Assembly: GCA_015064385.1 (NCBI GenBank)
Contig: SVSI01000006.1
Location: forward strand, 29,252 to 93,251
Origin: Oscillospiraceae bacterium
GTDB taxonomy: Bacteria > Bacillota > Clostridia > Oscillospirales > CAG-272
DNA: 64,000 nt
Reading direction: 5' to 3'
Below are positions 53,515 through 62,676 of this stretch, one piece after another. Both the position numbers and the translations under genes were made by a program. The notes under the pieces were generated by a model. The model ran no database searches and was not told where the DNA came from. It was given only the letters and a program-made list of their open reading frames with translations. The first letter of the stretch is position 1, and the number at the start of each line of letters is the position of its first letter.

Positions 53515-54678
53515 TTGGAACACGAAATATATCTTGACAACAGTGCAACGACACCCCTTTGTGACGATGCCAAGCTCGCCATTCAAAAGGCAATAGAGAT
53601 CTACGCCAATCCTTCGTCAATGCACGCGGCAGGTCACGAGGCGCAAAAGCTCATAGACGCGTCCCGCGCAAACCTTTTATCCGCGCTCGGTCTCGGTGCG
53701 GACAGAAACCGCAAGGTGATATTCACCTCGGGTGGAACGGAGGCAAACAACCTCGCAGTTACGGGAGTTATTTCGGCAAAGAATTTCAAATTTCTGCCAC
53801 AGGTGATAACTACCGACAGTGAGCATCCTTCCCTGCTTGAACCTATACACGAGCTTGAAAGAAAAGGTCTTATCGAAGCAGTAAAGCTACCCACGAAAAA
53901 CGGCGAGATCGACCTTGACCTGCTTGAAAAAACAGTCTGCTCACGCACCGTTTTGGTATCAATAATGAGCGTAAACAACGAAACGGGCGCTCTTTACAAC
54001 GTAAAAGACGCGTTTGACATAGTAAAGCGCATAAATACGAATGCGGTAACTCACACCGATGCAGTTCAGGCGTTCCTTAAAACGTCTGTCAATTTCAGAA
54101 CGCTGAAAGCCGACCTTATAAGCATAAGCGGTCACAAAATAAACGCACCCAAGGGCGTTGGCGCACTTATCGTCTCGTCCGATATTTTGAAGGCAAAGAA
54201 GCTCGTACCCATAATGCTCGGCGGCGGTCAGGAGGGCGGACTCCGCTCGGGAACCGAGAACGTCCCCGGCATCTGCGCACTTGGTGCGGCGGCAAAATAC
54301 AACAAGGAAAAGCTTTCCTCATTTATCGAAAAAACCACCGAGCTTACCGAGTTTTTCGTATCTTCCCTGCCGAGCGGTATAAGAGTGAACGCGCCCTTAA
54401 AAAAAGCTCCGCACATAATCAGCATAACTCTGCCCCGAATAAAGAGCGAGACCGCTCTGCATTTTCTCTCGGGAAATGGCATCTACGTTTCAAGCGGCTC
54501 TGCGTGTGCCTCGAACGGCAAGCACAAGAGCTACGTTTTGTCGGCGTTCGGACTCTCCGATACCGATGTTGACTGCACGCTCCGAATAAGCATTTCGGAC
54601 TCAACGTCAAAGGAAGATCTCCTATACACGGCAAACGCTCTGTCAAAAGCGCTTGACACTCTCGTACGGATCCCGTAA
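53515..54678 (+). CDS. Cysteine desulfurase (NifS/IscS class V aminotransferase)
   Basis: 387 aa with a TTG start. IYLDNSATTP, SGHKINAPKGVG (PLP Lys) and SSGSACAS (active Cys) motifs. Confidence 0.85.
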   Translation: MEHEIYLDNSATTPLCDDAKLAIQKAIEIYANPSSMHAAGHEAQKLIDASRANLLSALGLGADRNRKVIFTSGGTEANNLAVTGVISAKNFKFLPQVITTDSEHPSLLEPIHELERKGLIEAVKLPTKNGEIDLDLLEKTVCSRTVLVSIMSVNNETGALYNVKDAFDIVKRINTNAVTHTDAVQAFLKTSVNFRTLKADLISISGHKINAPKGVGALIVSSDILKAKKLVPIMLGGGQEGGLRSGTENVPGICALGAAAKYNKEKLSSFIEKTTELTEFFVSSLPSGIRVNAPLKKAPHIISITLPRIKSETALHFLSGNGIYVSSGSACASNGKHKSYVLSAFGLSDTDVDCTLRISISDSTSKEDLLYTANALSKALDTLVRIP

Positions 54679-54704
54679 TTTTTCAAATTAAAGAGAATTT
54701 TGAT

Positions 54705-56240
54705 ATGAAAGCTTCTACTGCGATCTTACTCGCTTTTTTGCTTGCGTTTTTCCTGTTTTCGTGTAAAAACTCTCAAAACGAAGCTCCTTCTCTGCCCGCT
54801 GTCACCTCTCCGGAGGAGAATGTGCCCGAAAACGGAGAAAAGATGTTTTTCGACGAAAACGGAAACCTTCAAAAAATAATAAGATACGAAAACGGAAAGA
54901 TCTTATCTATCCGAGAATACTCGCCCGAGGGTGTTTATCTGCGATACACCGAGTACACCGATTACGGTCATTTTACCGAGGAAAAGCAGGATGGCGACGT
55001 TACCTCAAAGATAAGCTTCTTTGATAAAAATTCACTCCTTACCGAGGTGATTTCTTATTTCTACCACGATAACGGAGTTATCTCGCGTGAAATGGCGTAT
55101 GCCTCTGACGGATCACTCAAGGGAGTGTGGTATTTCGACGTCACAGGAGTCAACAACGAAACCGACTTCTACCGCCTTGAAAACGGAAAATACGTTTTCG
55201 ATGAAAAGGCAAAATATTTCTGCACCGAGGACGGTGCTCCCGAGAAAACTCTTTTCTATACGGAAAATCAGCTCCTCACCTCTGAGATACGCTATAATGC
55301 CGCAGGTGATATTGAAAAAGTCGTTTATTACGGTAGTGATGGAGAAATTTCAAGCTACACCATTTTCGTATATTCGGAAAGCGGCTTGCTTACGGGCGAG
55401 AGCTCATACAGCGGACTTGACGTCATAACGTCACAGCTTCTCTATAACGAAAACGGCGAAAAGCTCTCCTTTACGAGCTATTTTGAAAGCGGACTGCCCG
55501 CCCTTATTTATAATTACAGCGGCGGCATACTTTCAGAAATACTGCGCTGCGACGACAGCGGAAACGTCACCTGCACAGAATTTTTTGATGAAAATTCCAC
55601 ACGCACGGGCGTGACCTTCTACAATAGTGACGGCTCTTTCCTTATCTGCGATGCAAGCTACAATCCGATAAGCGGCACGAAATACACTACGGATTTGTAC
55701 GGCGGATATACAAAGACGGTCTATAAGGACTCGGAAATTTGCGAGGAGACCGTCTCTCGGGACGGAATAAATATCGACAGTATCCGTACCTTTGACGAGC
55801 TTGGCTTCGTTTCGCAGGAAATACTATACACCGGCGGACGATTTGACGTAAAGATAAATTATGAGAGAGACACGCAGGGCGAGGTCCTGAGCTACACGGA
55901 ATACTCCTTAAACGGAACAACCCTCACCTACTCGCCCGACGGAAATATAATTTCGGGAACGAAATACGTTTACTCCAAGGGCACGCTGTACAAGGTCGTC
56001 GAGTACGAAAACTCGGTAGTATCCAAGGAAACGATGTACTCTTCGGGCGCTATCGTACTGATATCGCTCTACGACGAAAACGGCGAGATCTCCAAGGAGA
56101 GCTTCTACTCTGCCGCGGGTAAGCTGAGCCGCGTGAGAGAATACGACGAAAACGGCGTGTTGAGAAAAGACACGTTATATAACGAGAGAGGAAAAGTCTC
56201 GTCGGTTACAAAATACGATGAAAAAGGAAACAAAATATAA
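54705..56240 (+). CDS. Repeat lipoprotein (MORN-variant/YD-like repeats), paralogous in style to 29172-31460
   Basis: 511 aa with lipobox LFSC. Contains repeated Y-x-E-N-G / Y-D-E-N-G beta-hairpin-type motifs. Confidence 0.7.
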   Translation: MKASTAILLAFLLAFFLFSCKNSQNEAPSLPAVTSPEENVPENGEKMFFDENGNLQKIIRYENGKILSIREYSPEGVYLRYTEYTDYGHFTEEKQDGDVTSKISFFDKNSLLTEVISYFYHDNGVISREMAYASDGSLKGVWYFDVTGVNNETDFYRLENGKYVFDEKAKYFCTEDGAPEKTLFYTENQLLTSEIRYNAAGDIEKVVYYGSDGEISSYTIFVYSESGLLTGESSYSGLDVITSQLLYNENGEKLSFTSYFESGLPALIYNYSGGILSEILRCDDSGNVTCTEFFDENSTRTGVTFYNSDGSFLICDASYNPISGTKYTTDLYGGYTKTVYKDSEICEETVSRDGINIDSIRTFDELGFVSQEILYTGGRFDVKINYERDTQGEVLSYTEYSLNGTTLTYSPDGNIISGTKYVYSKGTLYKVVEYENSVVSKETMYSSGAIVLISLYDENGEISKESFYSAAGKLSRVREYDENGVLRKDTLYNERGKVSSVTKYDEKGNKI

Positions 56241-56243
56241 AAA

Positions 56244-56265
56244 GCAGAACTCGATCGAGTTCTGC
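56244..56265. terminator. Bidirectional intrinsic terminator
   Basis: Perfect palindrome GCAGAACTCGA/TCGAGTTCTGC flanked by A and T runs. Confidence 0.7.
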
Positions 56266-56273
56266 TTTTTGGT

Positions 56274-57239
56274 TTAGTTTACGGTAATTTTTATATCTCC
56301 GGTATCGGTTTCTATCTCGCATCTGCCGCCGCTCGTCGTCTTCGGCACGTCGATCTTACCGGTATCGGTCTTTGTAAAGAATATCTTATCCGAGTTGAGC
56401 GTTCCGCGAACGTCACCCGTGTCCGTTTCTACGTATATCTCTGCAGCATCACATTTATCAAATTTGACGTCTCCCGTATCGGCGGAAATATTGAATTTAC
56501 CCTCGGCGATAACTCTTTCAAGATCTATATCTCCCGTGTCGCTTTGGGCGTCAAGATCCTTGCAGATAACGTCCGAAAGCTTTATTTTACCGGTATTTAC
56601 TTCAGCAGCGAGCTTTTCCGATACCTTTACGTTCTTTATATTTATATTTCCGGTATCGCAGGAAATATCGGCACTACCGAGCGAAATATCCTCTAAAGTA
56701 ACCTTTCCCGTATCGGATTTGATTCTTGCCCCGTCCGTAACGCTTGCGCGCACAGTGACGTCTGACGTATTGACGGATATATCAAGATCTCCGAAGGTAA
56801 AATCCTTGGAAACGTCAATTTTTCCCGTGTGTGCTTTGACGTTCAGCGAGAGATATTCCTCGTTTGGAAGATATACCGTGATCTTGGAACTTTTGAAGGA
56901 AAACAGAGATATATGATCCCACCATTTTCTCGTATCGTCCGTCTTTATTTTAAGCTCTTTGCCATCAACGGTGACGTCGTGTTTTACTTTTTCCCGCTCG
57001 TAGCATTCGACCTTGCACTTTCCGTCCTCTGAAAGCTTGAACAGAACGTCCTCCGTCTTCACGTTTACCGATATTTTATCAAAGTTTTCCTCTACCTCGT
57101 ATATATTCGTTTCGTAATTCATAGTATCAAGTCTCCCAAAATCAAAATCAAGTACCGCAAAAGCGGCAAGGAATACTATCATTCCAATTGCCACGAGAAC
57201 AAGTGCAGCTATGAGCCATATTTTTAACGATCTCTTCAT
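56274..57239 (-). CDS. DUF4097-family beta-repeat protein (N-terminal TM anchor)
   Basis: 321 aa with repeated D-T-G-x-I/V motifs (SDTGKVTL, CDTGNINI, TDTGDVRG and similar). Confidence 0.75.
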   Translation of the reverse strand: MKRSLKIWLIAALVLVAIGMIVFLAAFAVLDFDFGRLDTMNYETNIYEVEENFDKISVNVKTEDVLFKLSEDGKCKVECYEREKVKHDVTVDGKELKIKTDDTRKWWDHISLFSFKSSKITVYLPNEEYLSLNVKAHTGKIDVSKDFTFGDLDISVNTSDVTVRASVTDGARIKSDTGKVTLEDISLGSADISCDTGNINIKNVKVSEKLAAEVNTGKIKLSDVICKDLDAQSDTGDIDLERVIAEGKFNISADTGDVKFDKCDAAEIYVETDTGDVRGTLNSDKIFFTKTDTGKIDVPKTTSGGRCEIETDTGDIKITVN

Positions 57240-57240
57240 T

Positions 57241-57840
57241 TTACTTTTTCTCCTTTCCCACGAAGCAGTATTTTATGCCGAGCACGATCTTCTTGGTAAG
57301 TATGCACATTCCGACGGTCGCCGCACGACAGGCAAAGAAAAACAGTATCGAAAGTCCTGCACAGACGAGAGATGCACCAAAAAGCGAAAGACCGACGGGA
57401 GCGCTTTCGATAAAGGCAAGTGCTATGCCGCCTACCGTACCGCCAAGTGCCGTTCCCACGATCGCTCCAAAGCCCGCCCAAAGCGAGATTATACCCGACC
57501 AGAGCGACGCGTACACGGAAAGTAGTATCGAAAAAGCGGCAACGAGAAGAGGAAACCACAGCGGAAATCCGAGTATCAAAAGCACGATAGTCATATTGCT
57601 CGGCCTTTTGGTCTCCTTAACGCGCTTTTTGACTATTTTCGTAAGCGGTACCTCCGAAACTATCTGCGAAACGATATCGTCCATATTTCCGAGACGCTCT
57701 ATCGACTGCTCTTCAGAGAGTCCGTCCTCAACGCAGTCGTCTATCATTTCGCCATAATATTCAAGAGATCTTTTTATGTCTTCCTCGGGAAGCGACGATA
57801 TTCTGTTGCTCAGCTCTTCAATAAATTTCTGCTTATTCAT
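57241..57840 (-). CDS. DUF1700-family membrane protein
   Basis: 199 aa. N-terminus FIEELSNRISSLPEEDIKRSLEYYGEMI followed by a Gly-rich TM region. Confidence 0.75.
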   Translation of the reverse strand: MNKQKFIEELSNRISSLPEEDIKRSLEYYGEMIDDCVEDGLSEEQSIERLGNMDDIVSQIVSEVPLTKIVKKRVKETKRPSNMTIVLLILGFPLWFPLLVAAFSILLSVYASLWSGIISLWAGFGAIVGTALGGTVGGIALAFIESAPVGLSLFGASLVCAGLSILFFFACRAATVGMCILTKKIVLGIKYCFVGKEKK

Positions 57841-58153
57841 ATTCCTCCTCCTTATTTACAAATTTGTATATTGCGATCATTTCTTTCCATTCACGGTTGA
57901 AATTCTCTATTCTTTCAAGTCCGAGTTTGGTTATATGATAATATTTGCGAAGCCGCCCTCCGTGCTCTGCACTCCTTACGGTAAGCAGTTTTGACGCCTC
58001 GAGACGGCGCAGTATCGGATAAAGCGTTGACTCGGATATTTCAACGTATGGCTTCATGTCCTTTATTATTTTATATCCGTACGAATCCTCGTCCTTTATC
58101 GCGGCAAGAACACATACGTCCAGAAGTCCTCTTTTAAGCTGTACGTCCATCAT
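57833..58153 (-). CDS. PadR-family transcriptional regulator
   Basis: ORF track extends to 58201. ATG-ATG at 58153/58150 has GGGAGG upstream. LLDVCVLAAIKDEDSYGYKIIKDM is a typical PadR wHTH. Confidence 0.8.
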   Translation of the reverse strand: MMDVQLKRGLLDVCVLAAIKDEDSYGYKIIKDMKPYVEISESTLYPILRRLEASKLLTVRSAEHGGRLRKYYHITKLGLERIENFNREWKEMIAIYKFVNKEEEYE

Positions 58154-58254
58154 ATACCTCCCTTCACGCAATACTATATCACACATAGTATTGTTTGTCA
58201 ATAGATTTTACCAAAAAAACAGAGCCGAATGATCGGCTCTGCCATGTTATTTAC

Positions 58255-59652
58255 TTAAAACTCAAGCTTCTTTGCGATATAGTCCTTAACGTCGGTCATC
58301 GGGATACGGATCTGCTCCATAGTATCTCTGTCACGAACGGTTACGCAGCCGTCCTCCTGCGAATCAAAGTCGTAGGTAATGCAGAAGGGTGTTCCGATCT
58401 CGTCCTGACGGCGATATCTCTTACCGATAGAGCCCGCGTCGTCAAAATCAACGCTGAAGTCCTTTGCAAGCTCCGCAAAGAGCTTTTCTGCGTCGGGAGT
58501 GAGCTTCTTCGAGAGAGGAAGAATTGCTGCCTTGAAGGGCGCAAGTGCGGGGTGCAGGTGAAGAACGACACGGATATCGTTCTTTTCGGCGTCAACGACC
58601 TCCTCGTCGTAAGCATCGCAAAGGAATGCGAGAAGTACTCTGTCTGCGCCGAGCGAGGGCTCGACAACGTAAGGAATATACTTTTCGTTGGTCTCGGGAT
58701 CGAAATACTCAAGAGACTGACCGCTCGTATTCATGTGCTGAGTGAGGTCGTAATCGGTTCTGTCGGCAACGCCCCAAAGCTCGCCCCATCCGAACGGGAA
58801 AAGGAATTCAAAGTCGGTGGTCGCCTTCGAGTAGAAGCAAAGCTCTTCGGGAGAGTGGTCGCGGAGACGGAGGTTCTCCTCCTTCATACCGAGGTTGAGA
58901 AGGAAGTTCTTGCAGTAGGAACGCCAATACTCGAACCACTCAAGGTCGGTTCCCGGCTTGCAGAAGAACTCGAGCTCCATCTGCTCAAACTCACGGGTAC
59001 GGAAAACGAAGTTTCCGGGGGTGATCTCGTTTCTGAACGACTTACCTATCTGTGCAACTCCGAAAGGAACCTTTTTACGGGAGGAACGCTGGATATTCTT
59101 GAAGTTTACGAATATTCCCTGCGCGGTCTCGGGGCGAAGATAAACCTCGTTTGCGCTATCCTCGGTAACTCCGATAAAGGTCTTGAACATAAGATTAAAC
59201 TTACGGATAGGGGTAAAATCGCCGCTTCCGCAGTCGGGACAGCAGATGTGATTTTCCTTTATATAAGCGCTCATCTGGTCGCTGTTCCAGCCGTTGGGGT
59301 TGATATCGAGTCCCTTTTCGTTTATATAGTCCTCAATAAGCTTATCCGCACGGTGACGGCTGCGGCAGACCTTACAGTCCATAAGAGGATCGGAAAACCC
59401 CGCAAGGTGTCCCGAAGCCACCCACGTCTGGGGGTTCATAATGATAGCACTGTCAAGTCCTACGTTGTAGGGAGACTCCTGGACGAACTTCTTCCACCAC
59501 GCCTTTTTGACGTTGTTTTTGAGCTCAACTCCGAGAGGACCGTAGTCCCACGAGTTGGAAAGTCCGCCGTAGATCTCGCTTCCCGCATATATTATGCCGC
59601 GATTTTTACAAAGTGCGACTATTTTGTCCATTGTCTTTTCGCTGTTGTTCAT
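58255..59652 (-). CDS. glyQS: Glycine--tRNA ligase (homodimeric GlyQS type)
   Basis: 465 aa. [23 protein letters not shown] and class II aaRS motifs. Confidence 0.93.
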   Translation of the reverse strand: MNNSEKTMDKIVALCKNRGIIYAGSEIYGGLSNSWDYGPLGVELKNNVKKAWWKKFVQESPYNVGLDSAIIMNPQTWVASGHLAGFSDPLMDCKVCRSRHRADKLIEDYINEKGLDINPNGWNSDQMSAYIKENHICCPDCGSGDFTPIRKFNLMFKTFIGVTEDSANEVYLRPETAQGIFVNFKNIQRSSRKKVPFGVAQIGKSFRNEITPGNFVFRTREFEQMELEFFCKPGTDLEWFEYWRSYCKNFLLNLGMKEENLRLRDHSPEELCFYSKATTDFEFLFPFGWGELWGVADRTDYDLTQHMNTSGQSLEYFDPETNEKYIPYVVEPSLGADRVLLAFLCDAYDEEVVDAEKNDIRVVLHLHPALAPFKAAILPLSKKLTPDAEKLFAELAKDFSVDFDDAGSIGKRYRRQDEIGTPFCITYDFDSQEDGCVTVRDRDTMEQIRIPMTDVKDYIAKKLEF

Positions 59653-59683
59653 TTCTTTTTCCTTTCAGAATCTTATACTGATT

Positions 59684-60943
59684 TTAATTTAGATACTCTT
59701 TGAATTTATTGACACTTCCGAGATAGTTGGGATTAAACAGTATCTCGTCTCCGAAGCGCTCGTACGCTCCGAGAAGGGGAACGCAGTTCTTCTGACTGCC
59801 CTCGTAACTGAAGAAGATCTCGGAAACTCTTACCATATCCTCGGGTGTAAAGTCGGTCTTTACGAACTCGAGCATATCTCTGACCTTTGCGATTATATTC
59901 GGGCGGAATTTAGCGCAAACGCCGTCAAGCATTCCCTTGGCAACGTCTATAAGCGCCTGAGACGGTCCGTATCTGTTGCCGAACGCCTCGTACTCGAGAA
60001 GTGCGCTGAGCATCTCGCCGTTAAGGGTAAGATCGCCTGCGGGAAGAATTATTTCGCTTCCGTCCGATTTTTTAACGGTGTTTATCGTGCCTGCAAGCGA
60101 GTACGGAACACCGCCAAGCTCGTCCGCAAGTGTGACGAAATCGTCTATATCAACAAATCCGTGATAATTTGGGATAACGCCCGTGGTTGCCGTGACCGTG
60201 GAGGCAATAAAGTTCGGGAGCTTCATTTCGGGGATCTCCGAAAGGTGATAAACGTAGCTGAGATTCAGATCTACTTCACCTATGGGGATCATAGTATCTC
60301 CCGGAATAACGGTAATGAGCGTTTTGCGTGCAGTCTTATTTATCGAAACGACGCATATAAACTTTATCTCAACGTCAACGGTCTTGCCGTACTGTGCGAG
60401 AAGCTCGTCGAATTCTTTGAAGTACTCGGGGATCTCCGGTTCTTCGGGTTCCTCCGGAGTGTCGGGGTTCTCGGGATTTTCGGGATCAGTTCCGTCAGGG
60501 TTAGTCCCATCAGGATTAGTTCCGTCAGGGTCAGTACCGTCCGGTGTTCCGGTGCCGCCCGGCGTAGTGTTTCCACCGTCCGTGCCGCCTCCCTCTTCCT
60601 CGTTAACGGTAACTCTGGCTACGGGACCGATCTCGGGCTCCTGCTCGGTGCCTTCGTTCCCTTCTCCGTTTTCTCCGCCTTCTTCACCCTCACCGTTCTC
60701 CTCGTCCTCGGGGAGAGGGATCTCGTCCGTTATGACGAGCGCGAAAGAAAAGGTTTCGTGCGTTGTATATACCGGATTTGACGATGAAGGACCGTCTTCG
60801 ACGTTTTCCTGCTCATCCTCAAGCTGTGCTGCATCTTTTTCTTTAATAAGCGTAAGTGCAAACGAGCCGCCATACAGAATAATTACGGCGAAAGCCAGAA
60901 AGCAAAGTACGAAAGAGACAAGAAAACCCTTTGCAAACGACAT
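59684..60943 (-). CDS. Divergent LCP (LytR-CpsA-Psr)-like membrane protein with an acidic Pro/Gly/Thr-rich insert
   Basis: ORF track extends to 60985. The ATG at 60943 has GGAGG upstream. An N-terminal TM is present. VVSINKTARKTLITVIPGDT and GFVDIDDFVTLADELGGV resemble LCP core motifs. Insert: GTDPDGTNPDGTNPDGTDPENPENP. Confidence 0.5.
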   Translation of the reverse strand: MSFAKGFLVSFVLCFLAFAVIILYGGSFALTLIKEKDAAQLEDEQENVEDGPSSSNPVYTTHETFSFALVITDEIPLPEDEENGEGEEGGENGEGNEGTEQEPEIGPVARVTVNEEEGGGTDGGNTTPGGTGTPDGTDPDGTNPDGTNPDGTDPENPENPDTPEEPEEPEIPEYFKEFDELLAQYGKTVDVEIKFICVVSINKTARKTLITVIPGDTMIPIGEVDLNLSYVYHLSEIPEMKLPNFIASTVTATTGVIPNYHGFVDIDDFVTLADELGGVPYSLAGTINTVKKSDGSEIILPAGDLTLNGEMLSALLEYEAFGNRYGPSQALIDVAKGMLDGVCAKFRPNIIAKVRDMLEFVKTDFTPEDMVRVSEIFFSYEGSQKNCVPLLGAYERFGDEILFNPNYLGSVNKFKEYLN

Positions 60944-61093
60944 AGCGGTACCTCCAAAAAGATTTGTTTTGAACGAAAATTCCAAACCAACTTATTATAT
61001 AACATATCTTGAAAAATTTCAAGTGCTAAACCCTGCCATTTTTATGAATTTTTAAACATTTAACAATAAAACGCAAAAAAGAGCGTAAAGCCC

Positions 61094-61122
61094 TTGAAAT
61101 TTCGCCGATTTTGTGGTATAGT
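61094..61122 (+). promoter_or_regulatory. Candidate sigma-A promoter of tRNA-Arg
   Basis: TTGAAA (61094-61099), 17 nt, TATAGT (61117-61122), 16 nt before the tRNA 5' end. Confidence 0.5.
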
Positions 61123-61138
61123 ATGTGGGTAAATATAC

Positions 61139-61210
61139 GCCTGCATAGTTAAATGGATATAACAAACCCCTCCTAAGGGTTAGTTGTGAGTTCGATTCTC
61201 GCTGCGGGTG
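61139..61210 (+). tRNA. tRNA-Arg (anticodon CCT)
   Basis: Hand-folded cloverleaf. Acceptor GCCTGCA/TGCGGGT (2 G-U pairs), D arm GTTA-AATGGATA-TAAC, anticodon arm AACCC-CTCCTAA-GGGTT, variable AGTT, T arm GTGAG-TTCGATT-CTCGC, discriminator G. No encoded CCA. Confidence 0.8.
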
Positions 61211-61212
61211 TA

Positions 61213-61250
61213 AAATACTCGCACCCACTCTGTGGGTACGAGTATTTTCT
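61213..61250 (+). terminator. Hairpin terminator after tRNA-Arg
   Basis: AAATACTCGCACCCAC-tct-GTGGGTACGAGTATTT (one mismatch) ending in TTTT. Confidence 0.55.
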
Positions 61251-61373
61251 GTTCTAAATTGAATCGAACTCCGCATTTGCGCAGCAAATGCTTGGTCTGC
61301 GCTTTGCTCGGTTTGGGTAAAACGGAAACTTTGACGCAGATCTTGGGTTCAAATTCCTGTTAGGGGGTGCAAA

Positions 61374-61398
61374 GTACGCCAAAAGGGCGTGCTTTTTT
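61374..61398 (+). terminator. Intrinsic terminator closing a ~140-nt structured segment
   Basis: GTACGCC-aaaag-GGCGTGC (7 bp, one G-U pair) followed by TTTTTT. Confidence 0.55.
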
Positions 61399-61544
61399 CG
61401 TTCTCGCAAGGTGGGTATCCCACTTGCGAAACTTTCGGGGAGGGGTTAAATTGTCGGAGTGATGGCAATTTGACCCCTCTCCTTATCCTGTTCCCTAAAA
61501 TTGCATTTTTAGGGAATGGGATCCCTTAAATTTGTGTATTCCAA

Positions 61545-61573
61545 TTGACTTTTTTCGCTGGTTGTGTTATAAT
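61545..61573 (+). promoter_or_regulatory. Candidate strong sigma-A promoter (extended -10) of the structured leader
   Basis: TTGACT (61545-61550), 17 nt, TGtTATAAT (61565-61573). Confidence 0.55.
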
Positions 61574-61580
61574 TACAATT

Positions 61581-61796
61581 GCGAAACAAACTTAATAACA
61601 GAACTAGGGGTATTTGCTTTTTATGGGAATACTATACCCTTTTTTCGTCTACCCTACTTTTATGAATTTGGCAAAAATGCAAATTCCATTTAGTAGGGTG
61701 ACACGGATTTATATCCCCATTCTGTTAAAGTTTGTTTCGCAGCAATCGGGGTTTGCGTTTTTCGGTGCGTATGACTTCGGTTGTGCGCACTTTTTT
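61581..61796 (+). promoter_or_regulatory. Structured 5' leader with long closing helix and intrinsic terminator (unassigned riboswitch/attenuator or IR-flanked element)
   Basis: GCGAAACAAACTT(aa)TAACAG (61581-61601) pairs with CTGTTAAAGTTTGTTTCGC (61722-61740). Internal hairpins lie between. The terminator is GTGCGTATGAC-ttcg-GTTGTGCGCAC plus TTTTTTATTTT (61765-61800), just before the SD GAGGAGG. Confidence 0.4.
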
Positions 61797-61813
61797 ATTT
61801 TGAGGAGGATATA

Positions 61814-62404
61814 ATGAAAAAAATTCTTTTAACTTTGTTGTGTACGTGTATTCTATTGGCTTTTGTTGGTTGCGATTTGTCGACAGAGGCACCACTTGCT
61901 GAAAAGAATAATCAGACAAATCAAACAGAGGATAAAAATAACACTTTGGACAACAATGATGAAAAAGAGTTGTCGCCAACACCTTACGTAGAAATAAATT
62001 CTTTTGACGAAAAAATGACATCACATTTTGGTAGCAAAAAACCGACAATTACGCAAGGCAGAGGATCTAATGTTTGGATATACAATTTTGGCGATTTTGA
62101 GCTTGAGGTGGGGGTCAATTCTTATGAGCAATCTCCACGTACACTTAGTTTGGAATTGGCTGAAACCGACTTTACAAATGAAAGTTTCTTAACGCAAGCA
62201 AAGGAAATATTTGATATCCTGTTAGGAAATATAACTGATGAAGATTTTCAAGCAATGATGGAGTACGCAGATGGAACTTATGTGTTAAGCGATCCTGGAT
62301 TTACAGGAAAACTATCTTCAATTACAGGTGTAATGTATCTCGAACGAAAGATGAACTCAACAGAAACACATTACACCATTAAATGCACTTATAAGGAGAA
62401 CTAA
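61814..62404 (+). CDS. Lipoprotein, function unknown
   Basis: ORF track starts at 61781. The ATG at 61814 has GAGGAGG upstream. MKKILLTLLCTCILLAFVGC contains the lipobox. The gene is AT-rich. Confidence 0.65.
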   Translation: MKKILLTLLCTCILLAFVGCDLSTEAPLAEKNNQTNQTEDKNNTLDNNDEKELSPTPYVEINSFDEKMTSHFGSKKPTITQGRGSNVWIYNFGDFELEVGVNSYEQSPRTLSLELAETDFTNESFLTQAKEIFDILLGNITDEDFQAMMEYADGTYVLSDPGFTGKLSSITGVMYLERKMNSTETHYTIKCTYKEN

Positions 62405-62406
62405 CA

Positions 62407-62676
62407 ATGGGCTTTAGACTTGGTTTTCATAAAACATTAGTTAAAATGGGCAAATGGCGTTTTGGCATTGGTTATAGCATGCATGGTGCTACAGGCATAG
62501 TTATGCTCTGTATTTATGGTTTAATGAATCTTATGTGGTATATGCTTTTAGGTTGTTGTTGGATAACTTATGGCGTGATTTGGCTCTGCTTTGTACTACC
62601 CATTAAGGGAATAATCAAACTCTGTAAAAGCAAAAAATACAACCCAACAAACACTTTTGAACAAGGAAATACATAG
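62407..62676 (+). CDS. Small membrane protein (2 TM helices), function unknown
   Basis: 89 aa with SD AAGGAG. It starts 3 nt after the upstream stop. Confidence 0.5.
   Translation: MGFRLGFHKTLVKMGKWRFGIGYSMHGATGIVMLCIYGLMNLMWYMLLGCCWITYGVIWLCFVLPIKGIIKLCKSKKYNPTNTFEQGNT

Noticed and set aside
59653-59683. Looked for a T-box leader upstream of glyQS.
   Set aside because: Only 31 nt separate glyQS from the upstream LCP-like gene, leaving no room for a T-box. The genes are probably co-transcribed.
58195-59703. 502-aa plus-strand ORF opposite glyQS. Analogous long antisense ORFs occur at 14374-15759, 10958-11851, 26042-26728, 26779-27471, 33019-34047, 216-1391 and 12481-13206.
   Set aside because: All of them overlap well-supported genes on the other strand and lack motifs and ribosome-binding sites.
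61330-61372. GGGTTCAAATTCC plus GGGGGTGCA resembles a tRNA or tmRNA 3' end.
   Set aside because: I could not fold a T arm (the stem does not pair; there is an extra T before CC), an acceptor stem or an anticodon arm on either strand. I treat it as debris or structure inside the hairpin-rich region, not as a tRNA gene.
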